Shown piece by piece: positions 14,847 through 24,528 of a stretch of 52,756 nt of DNA. Below the pieces are notes generated by a model. It did no database searches and was not told where the DNA came from. It was given only the letters and a program-made list of their open reading frames with translations. Numbering within the stretch: the first letter of the stretch is position 1; each line of letters opens with the position of its first letter. The position numbers and the translations under genes are program-made. The DNA is from a virus (taxonomy: Duplodnaviria > Caudoviricetes): positions 1-52,756 of IMG/VR virus record IMGVR_UViG_3300017766_001124. One strand, written 5' to 3'.

Positions 14847-16328
14847 TTACACGTCGTATTTCTCAGAAAGCTCTTCCAGCTCAACCGGTCCGCCCTGAGC
14901 CATCAAAGGCATCTCGCCCTTGAGCATCTTTTCCATGACGATCTCAGGGTCAACGCCAAGGCGATCAGCGGTGTATTTGATGCGGGCCTCAAACGTCTTC
15001 AGGAAGGGTTCTGCGACCGATCCAAGGCCTGTATCCTCTCCGCCGCCAACCCACATTGACGCCTGATACTGAGCGGGTGACATTCCAAGCTTCTTTGCTT
15101 GGTCCTGTTGCCAGCCCTCATAGTAACCATATTCGTTTTCATTAGGCATTGATGCCCAGAAATTGGGGCGCGCAACAGCCTCATCCATTGAGATGGAGCC
15201 AGACTTGAGCCAATCCTGAGGGCGATACGTTACCTTTGGCTTTGAGCGATCAAGCTTGCTTGTAAACGCATCAATGTCAGAGCCCTGCATGTTGGGATAC
15301 TGCTCAAGCAGGTCCGAAATGATCTTCTGACGATCATTGTTCTCAGGCTTGATCAACTCATCAAACGATGTGGCAAGGAAGCGCGGATCTTGGCTGATGA
15401 TGCCCGGCAAACGGAAATTGTGCGTGTCAATCGTGGCGACCTGCTGGTTGCCCTGTAGGTTGCTGGAGAAACTTGCGGGCTTCGGGTTGTCAAAGATGTT
15501 CCAGCCACCCTCTTCCGCAATGTTACGGGCGTGTTTGACGTGGCTTTCCTGTGCAACAGACCCATACCCCTTAGCGGGCTTGTCTGGCACTGGGATGCCG
15601 TTTTTCAGCAAATAGTTGTAGTAGGATGCCATGCGAATGTTGTCTTGCACCTTGGCACGAGGGCTGGTGGCAGCAACAATGTCCATCAGGCGTGAGTATT
15701 CATCTGGGGCACGGCTTTCACCGACAGAAGAAACTAGACGGCGATAGAGAGGGTCGGTGTTGTACCATTCAAGGCCGCCCCGCTCTGCGCCGCGCTCCAC
15801 GGTCTCATTAATGCCACGCGCCACATCTTCGCTGGCCAAAGCGTCCACAATGCGCGCAGAGGGACCGCGAGGTGCTTGGTAACGCTCAATCTGAAACTGG
15901 GGAACGTCCGGCACTTGGCGCAAAGCGCTGTAATCGAACATAGTGCCAAGATTGTCTTCATTGGCGGCCCGCCAATCAGAAAAAGACGGCGCACCCTTTT
16001 GCTTAGAAGATGTCGCAGCAAATACGTCAGCCGCCAAATCGCGGTTCGTGCCAGCGCCAGTCTTCAAATAAGCAGGCGCTTCGACTTTGGGTGCTGGGGC
16101 TTTAACTGGCTTCTTTTTCGGCGGAGCAGCCTTTTGTGGAGTGGCCTTTTGTGGAGCAGCTTTAGGCGGAGCGGCTTTAGGCGGTTCTACCTTTTTAGCT
16201 TCTCGCTGCACGGCTTTGCGGATCGTGGCCTCGTCAGCCTGATCGCCAAGGGTGTCCATGACCTGCTTAACCAGCGGTCGGCCAAAGTCCTTGTAAAGCT
16301 GACTTACGAACTTTGACAGACTGCTCAT
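14847..16328 (-). CDS. Putative virion-internal protein with glycosylase-like (DUF7178-type) domain
   Basis: WYN, AATSPR..VQDN, KPASFSSNL.G....TIDTH, QYQASMW; APPKA low-complexity N-terminus; C-terminal MAQGG. Confidence 0.55.
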   Translation of the reverse strand: MSSLSKFVSQLYKDFGRPLVKQVMDTLGDQADEATIRKAVQREAKKVEPPKAAPPKAAPQKATPQKAAPPKKKPVKAPAPKVEAPAYLKTGAGTNRDLAADVFAATSSKQKGAPSFSDWRAANEDNLGTMFDYSALRQVPDVPQFQIERYQAPRGPSARIVDALASEDVARGINETVERGAERGGLEWYNTDPLYRRLVSSVGESRAPDEYSRLMDIVAATSPRAKVQDNIRMASYYNYLLKNGIPVPDKPAKGYGSVAQESHVKHARNIAEEGGWNIFDNPKPASFSSNLQGNQQVATIDTHNFRLPGIISQDPRFLATSFDELIKPENNDRQKIISDLLEQYPNMQGSDIDAFTSKLDRSKPKVTYRPQDWLKSGSISMDEAVARPNFWASMPNENEYGYYEGWQQDQAKKLGMSPAQYQASMWVGGGEDTGLGSVAEPFLKTFEARIKYTADRLGVDPEIVMEKMLKGEMPLMAQGGPVELEELSEKYDV

Positions 16329-16852
16329 TTCTTCTTGCCCCGCTTAACGGCCATGCCGCCCTTCTTATACTGTTTTGCGGGCCTTTTCACCCGAAAGTTG
16401 CTGACCGCGTCCTTGGCCTTTTTAGCGTACTTTCCGACCCGGTTCATAACGCCATAGGTCAGGCCACCCAGAATGCCCTCTTCGACCATGCTGCGGGGAA
16501 GATCAGCCATACCCTCAGCCTCACCGGCACCGTACAGAGCGCCCATGGCGACCTCAGGGGCGTATTTAGCTAGGCGGGGAGCTTTAGCTGCCAGTTGCGC
16601 CACGCGGGCTGCTCCTACACCGGGGATAAGGCTGGGCACGATAGAGCCAAGCGCTTCATATCCAAAGGCTCCGTAGGGGTCTGCCTCCTCATACGCCTTC
16701 ATCTCACGACGGATGCGCGCAACCTCACGGGAGTAGGCAGACGGATCTCGCTGAGCCAGCGCACGCAAGCCAGCTTCAATCTCATCGCCAAAAGCGAAGG
16801 TCGCCCCTTTTATGCCAGCGCGAAATCTGTCTCTGTTTGTGGTTTCGGGCAT
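16325..16852 (-). CDS. Putative ejection-associated protein
   Basis: KGATFAFGDEIEAG is paralogous to KGALFDFADEAEA in the adjacent large ejection protein. Confidence 0.55.
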   Translation of the reverse strand: MPETTNRDRFRAGIKGATFAFGDEIEAGLRALAQRDPSAYSREVARIRREMKAYEEADPYGAFGYEALGSIVPSLIPGVGAARVAQLAAKAPRLAKYAPEVAMGALYGAGEAEGMADLPRSMVEEGILGGLTYGVMNRVGKYAKKAKDAVSNFRVKRPAKQYKKGGMAVKRGKKK

Positions 16853-16861
16853 GGTTTCTTC

Positions 16862-19720
16862 CTACGGCCTGTCGCCAGTTTCAAATTCATAGATACCCTG
16901 CGCAACCCTTCTTATGCGGTCAGGCGGGATCTTATCGTTAGGTCCAATCCCAGCCTTATCCGCTACGTGCTTGACGTAGTTGTTAAAGGCCTCAGGATCA
17001 TTGGCAGCGTTTGTTGGGCTCAGCCAGCCTTCGATCAGAGAGTAGGGCGTGTTCTGACCCTTTTTGATCTTGTTGATGATCAGGGTCATCTTAGCTTCTT
17101 TGCCAGCCGACATAGTGTCAAACTTGGCAAACGGGATGCCCTGCTCATTCTTGCCCTCACCCGGCCCAATGTAACCCGGCAGCTTTTTGGTCCATGAAGA
17201 AACGATCAGGTTGCCGGGGTTGTTGTTACGTTCCCCAACAGAGGCTTTGCCATCGCTAAAAGGGGCGTTGCCTTCTTCAGCTTCCTCCTGTGCAGCAGGG
17301 AGAGCAGGCGTAAGGCCATTGGCCTCTTGCGGCGCTTCTTCTACTAGAGGCTTCTCGATGCTGACAGATGGCGGCATTTGCAGAGAGCGATCTTCGACAG
17401 CGGCTGGGGCAGTTGCGCCAACGGCTGCCGCACCACGTCCTGAAAGAACGTCTTCAACCTTAATGTTACGAGCAGCAATCGCCTCGGCTTGGCGATATTC
17501 TTCCAACAAACCACGAAGCTTTTGAGGATCGGAAGTGCGCAAAGCTTGAGCAAGCTTGGTGTAGACCTTTTCGCTCATTTTAGAGCCCGGAACTTTGCTG
17601 GCCAGCCACATGCCAAGGCGCGCCAAGTTACCCGGCGATGTCGGGTTCAGAACCGCGCTCACAACCGTATCAAAATCGCCCGTCGCAATTGAGTTATCCA
17701 GCGAAGCGAGATCCTGCGCAAGTGGCGTGGTGGGCGAGCCGCCAAGCGTCTTTGAGGTGCGCTCAAACAGCTCCGCCTCACGCTTCAATGCCGCATCAAG
17801 CACACGGAACTGCTCTTTTGGCAAAACCGTGCGAAGCTTTTCACGATTACCCTTTGCCATGATTTCCTTGGCAAAGTTGCGAGAGCGTGCCGTGTCTTCA
17901 GTTGGCTCAATAATTCTCTGCATCAGGCCAGTACGGAAGGCCTCCTTTTCAGCCTCCGACATCTTGCCAAACGCTTTCTGGACCTCTTGCGGGCGCACAG
18001 AGCGAGACATTGCGTCTCGACCATTTTCTAGCGCTTTGCGCACCTCAAGGTCGCCAGCATACATCCTGCGTGCCTGACGATACTCAGGGACAATCTTGTC
18101 CAGACGGTCAAGGATTTGGTCGCGCGTATCTTTCAATTTCTCCGCACGACCACCATCACCAGCCTTGTACAGGGCAGTAATTTCTTCATCCAATACGCGC
18201 TTGATGCTGTGCAATGTGCGGACATCAGGAACAATATCACCCGTCGGACGCAGACCAACCAAAGTGCCAGCCTCATCAAGGACAGGCTCCATCTCCATCT
18301 TGAGCATATATTTAGACGGATCTTCGCCACGCGCAGCCGCATTATTTGCAGCTATATCAGCGGTTTCCTTAGCTTTCTTCAGTGCGCCAGCAACGCCGGG
18401 GTTCTTCAAAAGCGTCTGGATCGTCGGATCTTTGACCGCGCCAAAGGCAAAAGATTTCTCATAACCCTCTTCACCGATTTTGCGCAGACGGTCAGTGACA
18501 GCATCTTGTGCCGTAAAATAATCCTGAGCATCAGGGAACGCAGCCCGGACTTGCTCAGTAAAGCGCTCAGGGGCCTCACTTTGACGTTCCGCAAGAGTGC
18601 GAACCAATTCCTCGCGGCCCTCATTTGGCTTGGAAATGACAGCCTTCGTCAGGCGAGCCATTTCTGGTGTGGTCATGCCTAATTCCATAGGAACGCCGTA
18701 CTTCTGACCGCGCTGCATCATGAATGCAATTGTCTCTGGAGATGTGTCACCTAATGCGCGATTGATCTGCTCAGCCGCACCTACAGTAACACGATCAGGC
18801 GTTGGCCCAGCACGGCCAAGTCGGCGTAAAACCGCATCCTTACCACGCATCGCCAAACGTCCACCGCCCGGCAACAGGCTACTTACGAGACCACCCGTAA
18901 TACCTTGCTCAAGAGCCTCAGTGGGGATGTCTCCCATGGTATTCGCAGCGCCAATACCCGAAACAACGCCAGATGACGCACCAACAAGGCCTGATCTCAG
19001 CGCAGCGCTTCCAATCTTGCCAATCCCAGTCGCAGCCTGATAGCCACGACCAATAAAGCCAAGGCCGGGAATAAATGTGCCTGCAAGGCCACCACCCAGT
19101 TCTAGGCCAAGCGCCTCTCCCGGATTGGCCTTAGCCCATTTGTCGTAGTCGTAATTGATCTGGCCTTTAATCTTATAGTATTCGTCTGCGCTAAGCTCAC
19201 CAGATAGGAGCATGCGCGTTGCCGCTTCAGCTTCGTCTGCAAAGTCAAAGAGAGCACCCTTAGCAAAGGCTCGCGCACGATTAGCGCCCTCGCCAGCGGT
19301 GCCCATTTCCGTCACGATAGGCTTTGTAGGCGCAACCGGGATGTTAACGTCCTCATAGGCGACACGCGGGTTGAGCATGCCGCTCTTTTTGTAAAAGTCT
19401 TCGATTTGTTGGACGTTTGATACATTCATGCCATACTTGGAGGCCAAGCTTTGCAATTGAGATGCGTCAAAGCTCTTATTTGCAGCAGCGCTTTTGATGT
19501 AAGCAGAAACCTCAGCCTCATAAGCCTTGCGCTTATCGGCATCCGTCATGGGAGTGGCAACAGGCGCTTCAGGAGCGCCCTCACCCTTAGCAGGCTCACC
19601 TGTAGAAGGCGCAGAAGAAATGCCGAGATGTTTCTTAACAGTCTGGTCTATCACCTCATCCGGCGTCCCCTCTTCAAACTCTAGAAACGTGCCGTCAGGG
19701 AGTTGCGCTTTTATGGTCAT
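16862..19720 (-). CDS. Large ejection (internal virion) protein with C-terminal lysozyme-like domain
   Basis: QLPDG..LEFEEGTPDEVI N-terminus, Gly/Ala hydrophobic segments, C-terminal GERNNNPGNL...FAKFDT...G...YVKHV...ETG. Confidence 0.7.
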   Translation of the reverse strand: MTIKAQLPDGTFLEFEEGTPDEVIDQTVKKHLGISSAPSTGEPAKGEGAPEAPVATPMTDADKRKAYEAEVSAYIKSAAANKSFDASQLQSLASKYGMNVSNVQQIEDFYKKSGMLNPRVAYEDVNIPVAPTKPIVTEMGTAGEGANRARAFAKGALFDFADEAEAATRMLLSGELSADEYYKIKGQINYDYDKWAKANPGEALGLELGGGLAGTFIPGLGFIGRGYQAATGIGKIGSAALRSGLVGASSGVVSGIGAANTMGDIPTEALEQGITGGLVSSLLPGGGRLAMRGKDAVLRRLGRAGPTPDRVTVGAAEQINRALGDTSPETIAFMMQRGQKYGVPMELGMTTPEMARLTKAVISKPNEGREELVRTLAERQSEAPERFTEQVRAAFPDAQDYFTAQDAVTDRLRKIGEEGYEKSFAFGAVKDPTIQTLLKNPGVAGALKKAKETADIAANNAAARGEDPSKYMLKMEMEPVLDEAGTLVGLRPTGDIVPDVRTLHSIKRVLDEEITALYKAGDGGRAEKLKDTRDQILDRLDKIVPEYRQARRMYAGDLEVRKALENGRDAMSRSVRPQEVQKAFGKMSEAEKEAFRTGLMQRIIEPTEDTARSRNFAKEIMAKGNREKLRTVLPKEQFRVLDAALKREAELFERTSKTLGGSPTTPLAQDLASLDNSIATGDFDTVVSAVLNPTSPGNLARLGMWLASKVPGSKMSEKVYTKLAQALRTSDPQKLRGLLEEYRQAEAIAARNIKVEDVLSGRGAAAVGATAPAAVEDRSLQMPPSVSIEKPLVEEAPQEANGLTPALPAAQEEAEEGNAPFSDGKASVGERNNNPGNLIVSSWTKKLPGYIGPGEGKNEQGIPFAKFDTMSAGKEAKMTLIINKIKKGQNTPYSLIEGWLSPTNAANDPEAFNNYVKHVADKAGIGPNDKIPPDRIRRVAQGIYEFETGDRP

Positions 19721-20925
19721 TTAATGCGGTTCCCTTGCTTGTCGTAACGGATTGTCTTCGGCGTGCTAGAGGAAGCCCCAGAATAATATCCGCTGCGGAT
19801 TTTCTCTTCACGATCTTTTGCGCGCTCAATAATGCGCTGAAGCATCGGAATAGCGTTACTCCAGAGGCGCTCACGCGCCGCACGAGGTAAGCTAGAGGAA
19901 CCCTGAAGCTGAACAAGAAACTCACGCTCTGCGTTGGTAATTGCACCGGGGAAGGTGGTCTTTAATTTACCAATTGCGATTTCCTTGATGAGTGTGTCCA
20001 TCTCCTGAGCGGCCAAATAGGCAGGATCATCAGAATTAAACAGGCTGCCAATGCCCTTGCGGATACCAGACAGGCTACCCTCAAACGCAGTCGGGCTAAG
20101 CTCCATGACTTTCTGAAGCCTGTTCAGCGTGTCTTCAGATGCCGAAATAACATCAGCATTCTCAAACATCATCTTTTGCTCAGTAGACGTAAGTTTGCGC
20201 TCTGGAGCCGCCGCAGCAGGCTTGAACTCGCCTGTAGTGTCGTCGATTTGGCCAGCCGTTGCACCATACATAGCCGCTTCTTCAGGAGTAGCAGGGCGCC
20301 AATTAGCTTCAGTCGTGAGTGGCTGAAGGCCCTTTGGACCTTTAATGAATTGGCGACCTCCGATGGTCACAACCGTCTCTTCAGCGCCCGGCACCCTTGT
20401 CAAAACCTTGTTTGGATCACGCTTGTCAACAACAACGCTTCCCGGAGGCAGAACAAGAGGCTGTGGCCCATAACGAGACTGCAAGTTCTGAAGTGCAATC
20501 ACGTTCTTAACATCACCCTGCGCCAGAGCCATACGCTGCTTAGCGAGGTTCTGGAGCGCTTCAGTGCGCTCCTCTTCGCCTGTGCGCTTCAACTCACCAA
20601 ACTTCTGCAAGACAGGCAGGACGTTGCCCATGGTGCCAGAAAAGCCACGAACGCTTGTGGGGGCAAAGAATGCAGACGAAAGGGCTAGAAGCTTTTCAGT
20701 CCCACTGGGACCATATCGACGCTCTTTGATTTGTTTTGCCAAATCGTCGTAGTAACGCTGCTGCGCCTGTGAACTAGCAAGGATCGCCCGTGAGATATCT
20801 TCAGGCTTAGTCAGGTTCATAGCCGAAAGACCGCCAAGACCCGCATAGGCATCCGCAGCGTCCGCATCAGCGGCAGCGTTGTCTGCGGCATCTTCGTTAG
20901 CCACGTTCAGGTCTTCATCTTCCAT
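19717..20925 (-). CDS. Putative ejection protein
   Basis: GGAGG RBS before MEDED; helical; FPGAITNAEREFL motif; position in DNA-injection cluster. Confidence 0.6.
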   Translation of the reverse strand: MEDEDLNVANEDAADNAAADADAADAYAGLGGLSAMNLTKPEDISRAILASSQAQQRYYDDLAKQIKERRYGPSGTEKLLALSSAFFAPTSVRGFSGTMGNVLPVLQKFGELKRTGEEERTEALQNLAKQRMALAQGDVKNVIALQNLQSRYGPQPLVLPPGSVVVDKRDPNKVLTRVPGAEETVVTIGGRQFIKGPKGLQPLTTEANWRPATPEEAAMYGATAGQIDDTTGEFKPAAAAPERKLTSTEQKMMFENADVISASEDTLNRLQKVMELSPTAFEGSLSGIRKGIGSLFNSDDPAYLAAQEMDTLIKEIAIGKLKTTFPGAITNAEREFLVQLQGSSSLPRAARERLWSNAIPMLQRIIERAKDREEKIRSGYYSGASSSTPKTIRYDKQGNRIK

Positions 20926-20942
20926 GTCGCCTCCGTTGATCA

Positions 20943-22133
20943 TCAGATGATACCCGCGCCCTTGAGTTCTTTAATCAACGCAGCGCCACCGGTCAGGGCA
21001 CCCGCCACCTGAGAAGCCGTTGATGCTGGGTATTCAGGCTTATAGCTTGTCGGCTGGATGCCGTATTCCTGCGTGGCCGTCGGAACAGCGCTAGAAACAC
21101 CCTGCAACGCGCCAACCATCTGGCTGATCTGCTGCTGCGGGTAAGCCTGACGACGCTCCCATTCAGCACGGGCAAAGTCGAGGTTCTGCTGTGCCAAAGC
21201 TTGCTGCTGTGCGCCGATCTGAGACAAGGCACCTGCACCAGTGAGGCCTTGGGTCTGCTGCTGCTGTGCGAGATCTGCCATCTGAGCAGCCGCTGCCATC
21301 TGGTTTGCGGTGTCCTGACCGTAATAGCCAGCCGCCTGACCAGTGATGTCAGCCAATTGCCGACCAGCCGCCGACAGCGCACCCTGCTGTTGGAAGCCAA
21401 GGCTGCCAGCGGTCTGAGCCAATTCAGCTTGACGCGCAAGATCGGCCTGAGCCAAGCCTGCGGCCTGACCATAGCCCTGCTGCAATGCCTGCGCCTGCTG
21501 GGCCGAGACGCCCTCCATCGTGTCACGCAAAGCCCGACCGATCAGTTCAGCCTGACGTGTGCCGCCAAACTGGCCTGCGCTAATCATCTTGTCGCTGATT
21601 GCCGGAAGGAGCTGCTCTTGCAGCGTACGTGCGCCCAGTGCGCCAATCCGGCCGACAACAGCCTCCTGATACGGGTTCATGTACTGGTTGATGTTCTGCA
21701 CTGCCGTCTGGCCAGCCTGCCCCAGATAGGGCTGCGCCATATTCAAACCAGTGGGTTGCGTTCCTTGCAGCGTAAACTGCTTAGCTTCAGCCAGTCCCGG
21801 CTGAGCCATGCCGGCGGTAGAGCGGCCAAAAACGTCCTGCGTCTTGGTCGTGGCTGTATTCAGTGCAGGCTGATAACCAAACGCATTCTGACGGGTCGCC
21901 TGAAAGCCAGCCTGTTGATCGGGAGCAAAGTCAGCAAAGCGCGGGATCGGCTTGCCAGTGACGTCTACATATTCCTGAAAAGGCTTAGCAGCTACAGCGC
22001 GCTGGTTGGACAGAACGTCCATTGCATAGTTGGTGTACCAATCAGGCAAGATCGTCTGCTTGGTAACGTCTGTCAGCGCAGAGCCAGCGGGGATCTCCTG
22101 CCCTTCAGCCATGAATGAAGTGGTGTCAACCAT
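20943..22133 (-). CDS. Putative ejection/DNA-transfer protein
   Basis: Gln/Ala-rich, QYMNPYQEAV, AGQFGGTRQ motifs typical of podoviral ejection proteins. Confidence 0.7.
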   Translation of the reverse strand: MVDTTSFMAEGQEIPAGSALTDVTKQTILPDWYTNYAMDVLSNQRAVAAKPFQEYVDVTGKPIPRFADFAPDQQAGFQATRQNAFGYQPALNTATTKTQDVFGRSTAGMAQPGLAEAKQFTLQGTQPTGLNMAQPYLGQAGQTAVQNINQYMNPYQEAVVGRIGALGARTLQEQLLPAISDKMISAGQFGGTRQAELIGRALRDTMEGVSAQQAQALQQGYGQAAGLAQADLARQAELAQTAGSLGFQQQGALSAAGRQLADITGQAAGYYGQDTANQMAAAAQMADLAQQQQTQGLTGAGALSQIGAQQQALAQQNLDFARAEWERRQAYPQQQISQMVGALQGVSSAVPTATQEYGIQPTSYKPEYPASTASQVAGALTGGAALIKELKGAGII

Positions 22134-24295
22134 TAGATACGTCCTCCAGACATGTACTTCTCAGGGCTCTTAGCATTCACGCTGAACTTACCCTTTGCCA
22201 AGTTCTTACCCTTATGTTTACGGACTTTCACCCGCAATTCATCAAGCTTCTTTGCGCCAGCCTTAGACGATCCATCGCCAAGTAAGGCCACCGTTTCAGC
22301 ATCAATAACATATTCGCCATCGGAAAGCACCGCAGGAATGTCATCTGATCGGCCAGTGCCGGGGCCTTCCACAGCGAAGCTTTCACGCGATGAGCCACGG
22401 GAATAACCCATGTCACCACCATGAGACATACCCACGGGTTCCTCAGGGATGCCAGAAACAGCGCGGAAGGTTTCCTCACCCAGTGTACCGGGGCCATAGC
22501 CAGCATAGGGAGACGTGGCACGGCTGAGATCAGCACCGGTCGGCATATCCATCGCCGGACCCATACCGTAGCGATACCAGTCGGTGACTGGGCGTGCAGC
22601 AAGTGTGCGATCCGCAGCAGTGCCACCAACGCCGCCGACCGTAAACGACCCAGAAGATCCCGCCGTGGGAAGCTTGGCAGAGAAAATGGGGTTGAGAGCA
22701 TTTTTTGAGGAATAGCGCCCAGCGGAACCACCCCCGCCACCGCCGCCGGCAATGTTGCCGAGCAGGCCGACGCCCAGACCGGCGAGCCTTAGATAGTCGG
22801 CGATCTTTTCTGCGTCGGACTTCGGCTCAACGACCTTGTCGGTGAGTTTTGGCCCCGTGCCCGCCAGCGTGCTGGCTACGTCAAGGTTCACGGCGAGGGG
22901 CTTGTCCTCGAGGTCAAGGACTTCTTTCTTCGGCGCAGTCACCTTAATCTCGTCGCTAAGGCCAGCGTTAAAGTCCGGCACAACTGGGTTGATGCGGATA
23001 TTGTCATCTTTGACCGCTGCATCGGCCTTCTGCGCGTTGACGAGGATTTCGGAAGGCATTGTCGTACCGGGTAAGACGGCGAGAGACTTATCCTCGGTCG
23101 TCGGTACTTCCTTCTGTGCGTTGACAAGGATTTCGGACGGCGTCGGCCCGTCACCCGAATAACGCGCAGTCGGGATTACGTTGCTGCCGCCAGCAAAAGT
23201 TGGCCCTGACAGTCGAGTGCCGGTGACGACCATGGCGGGGTCTACAACAGACGATACGGGGGCAGACGGGTACGCAGGTGGCGTGCCGTTGGCCCACGGA
23301 GCGGGCAGCGCGCCGTCTGGGCTGAATGGAATGAGTTTCCCGTTGCTGTCAAAAATACCCGTTTTTGGATCGTTGTACGCCGCGCTGACAAGATCAGGGG
23401 CAAACGCGCCCGCTTCGATAATGCTGTTATCAAGACGAGCCATCGCGTTGGAAACATTTCGGTTGATGGTGTCGTTTAGGCTTGGCCCAAGCAACTGGCT
23501 GGCGGCGTACTGTCCTGCGCCTGCGGTAACGCCTCCAATCAGCGAGTTTTTAAGGCTTTGGCCTGTCGCGAGGCCACCGCCCGTCGCGCCGATACCCGTG
23601 CCGACTGCCCTTGCGGCGTCCGCAGACAAGCCAAGTTTGCTGAGTGGGCCAGTTGCTCCACCGAGAAGCTGCCCACCGGCAGCCGTTGCGCCACCCAAGA
23701 CAGCGCCCTTGAGGATGTTCTGGCCCTTCAGGCCGGCGCTTACGCCTCCGACGCCTGCGCCCAGTCCGATGGTGCCCAACGTACCCAAGCCTGCCAACGG
23801 AGCGCTTGCGCCCATCGTAAGTGGGATCATGGCGATAGGAAGCGCCGTGCCGAGTACGTTACCGATCTCGCCCAGTGTGCTCCTGTTCGCCTTTTCGTGC
23901 GCAACCGTTGCGTAGCCAGACATGCCCGGCGTCGCTGCCTGAATGTCCCAGTTGGCCTTGCGGCCACCCGTGTCGGTCAGACCCTGCGCCAGATCGCGCG
24001 CCGTCTGAGCCGCCTCATAGCCAACGCCCTCGAACACGACTTGGCCTGTGGCGTTGTCTACAAGGCGCACGGACGTCTGCGGGCTTACCGCAAATGTGTT
24101 GCTTGTGCTGGAAATTTGGGAGGTCGGGTTGCCCTTGTTTGACACAGGTGCCGCGAACGTCTGCGTCGGGCCGCCGTAGCGACCGCCAATCAGATCGTAC
24201 GTGCCGAGATCCGCAAGGGTCGTGCCCTGCGTGGCAGCGCTAAAGGCCGTGTTGCCGTAGCCAGAGCCAGTAATATCTTCGTACGGGTCGGCCAT
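22133..24295 (-). CDS. Putative ejection protein with TonB-box-like repeats
   Basis: Start MADPYE; Gly-rich hydrophobic segments; C-terminal GPGTGRSDDIPAVLSDGEYVIDAETV. Confidence 0.65.
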   Translation of the reverse strand: MADPYEDITGSGYGNTAFSAATQGTTLADLGTYDLIGGRYGGPTQTFAAPVSNKGNPTSQISSTSNTFAVSPQTSVRLVDNATGQVVFEGVGYEAAQTARDLAQGLTDTGGRKANWDIQAATPGMSGYATVAHEKANRSTLGEIGNVLGTALPIAMIPLTMGASAPLAGLGTLGTIGLGAGVGGVSAGLKGQNILKGAVLGGATAAGGQLLGGATGPLSKLGLSADAARAVGTGIGATGGGLATGQSLKNSLIGGVTAGAGQYAASQLLGPSLNDTINRNVSNAMARLDNSIIEAGAFAPDLVSAAYNDPKTGIFDSNGKLIPFSPDGALPAPWANGTPPAYPSAPVSSVVDPAMVVTGTRLSGPTFAGGSNVIPTARYSGDGPTPSEILVNAQKEVPTTEDKSLAVLPGTTMPSEILVNAQKADAAVKDDNIRINPVVPDFNAGLSDEIKVTAPKKEVLDLEDKPLAVNLDVASTLAGTGPKLTDKVVEPKSDAEKIADYLRLAGLGVGLLGNIAGGGGGGGSAGRYSSKNALNPIFSAKLPTAGSSGSFTVGGVGGTAADRTLAARPVTDWYRYGMGPAMDMPTGADLSRATSPYAGYGPGTLGEETFRAVSGIPEEPVGMSHGGDMGYSRGSSRESFAVEGPGTGRSDDIPAVLSDGEYVIDAETVALLGDGSSKAGAKKLDELRVKVRKHKGKNLAKGKFSVNAKSPEKYMSGGRI

Positions 24296-24528
24296 TAACC
24301 TTGTCCTTGAAGCATTGGGTAAGCTCTCATCGCCCATTCCCGCCAATCATTAAATTGATATGGGTTAGGCGGGTTGCGCTGCGCAAATGGCTGCGCGCGT
24401 ACAAAACCAGCGGCCCAAAATTGCCAGTCAGCTTCGTCCTTCAGTTTCCCGAAAGACCAAGCGTCTCCATTCGACAGTATAACCGCGTCTGCCCATTGAA
24501 GCAAGGTAAGGCCGCGCGGATCTATCAT
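24295..24528 (-). CDS. Small Trp-rich virion-associated protein
   Basis: DPRG...WA...W..WA...PNPYQFNDWREWA between tail hub and ejection genes. Confidence 0.65.
   Translation of the reverse strand: MIDPRGLTLLQWADAVILSNGDAWSFGKLKDEADWQFWAAGFVRAQPFAQRNPPNPYQFNDWREWAMRAYPMLQGQG

Noticed and set aside
14777-14925. Short + strand ORF continuing past 14780 into the 14847 gene
   Set aside because: It overlaps the convergent gene's 3' end and has no recognisable features, so it cannot be supported.
20926-20943. MINGG at the start of the 19717-20943 ORF as another xxGG tag
   Set aside because: The GG codons are the GGAGG Shine-Dalgarno of the likelier start MEDED at 20925.
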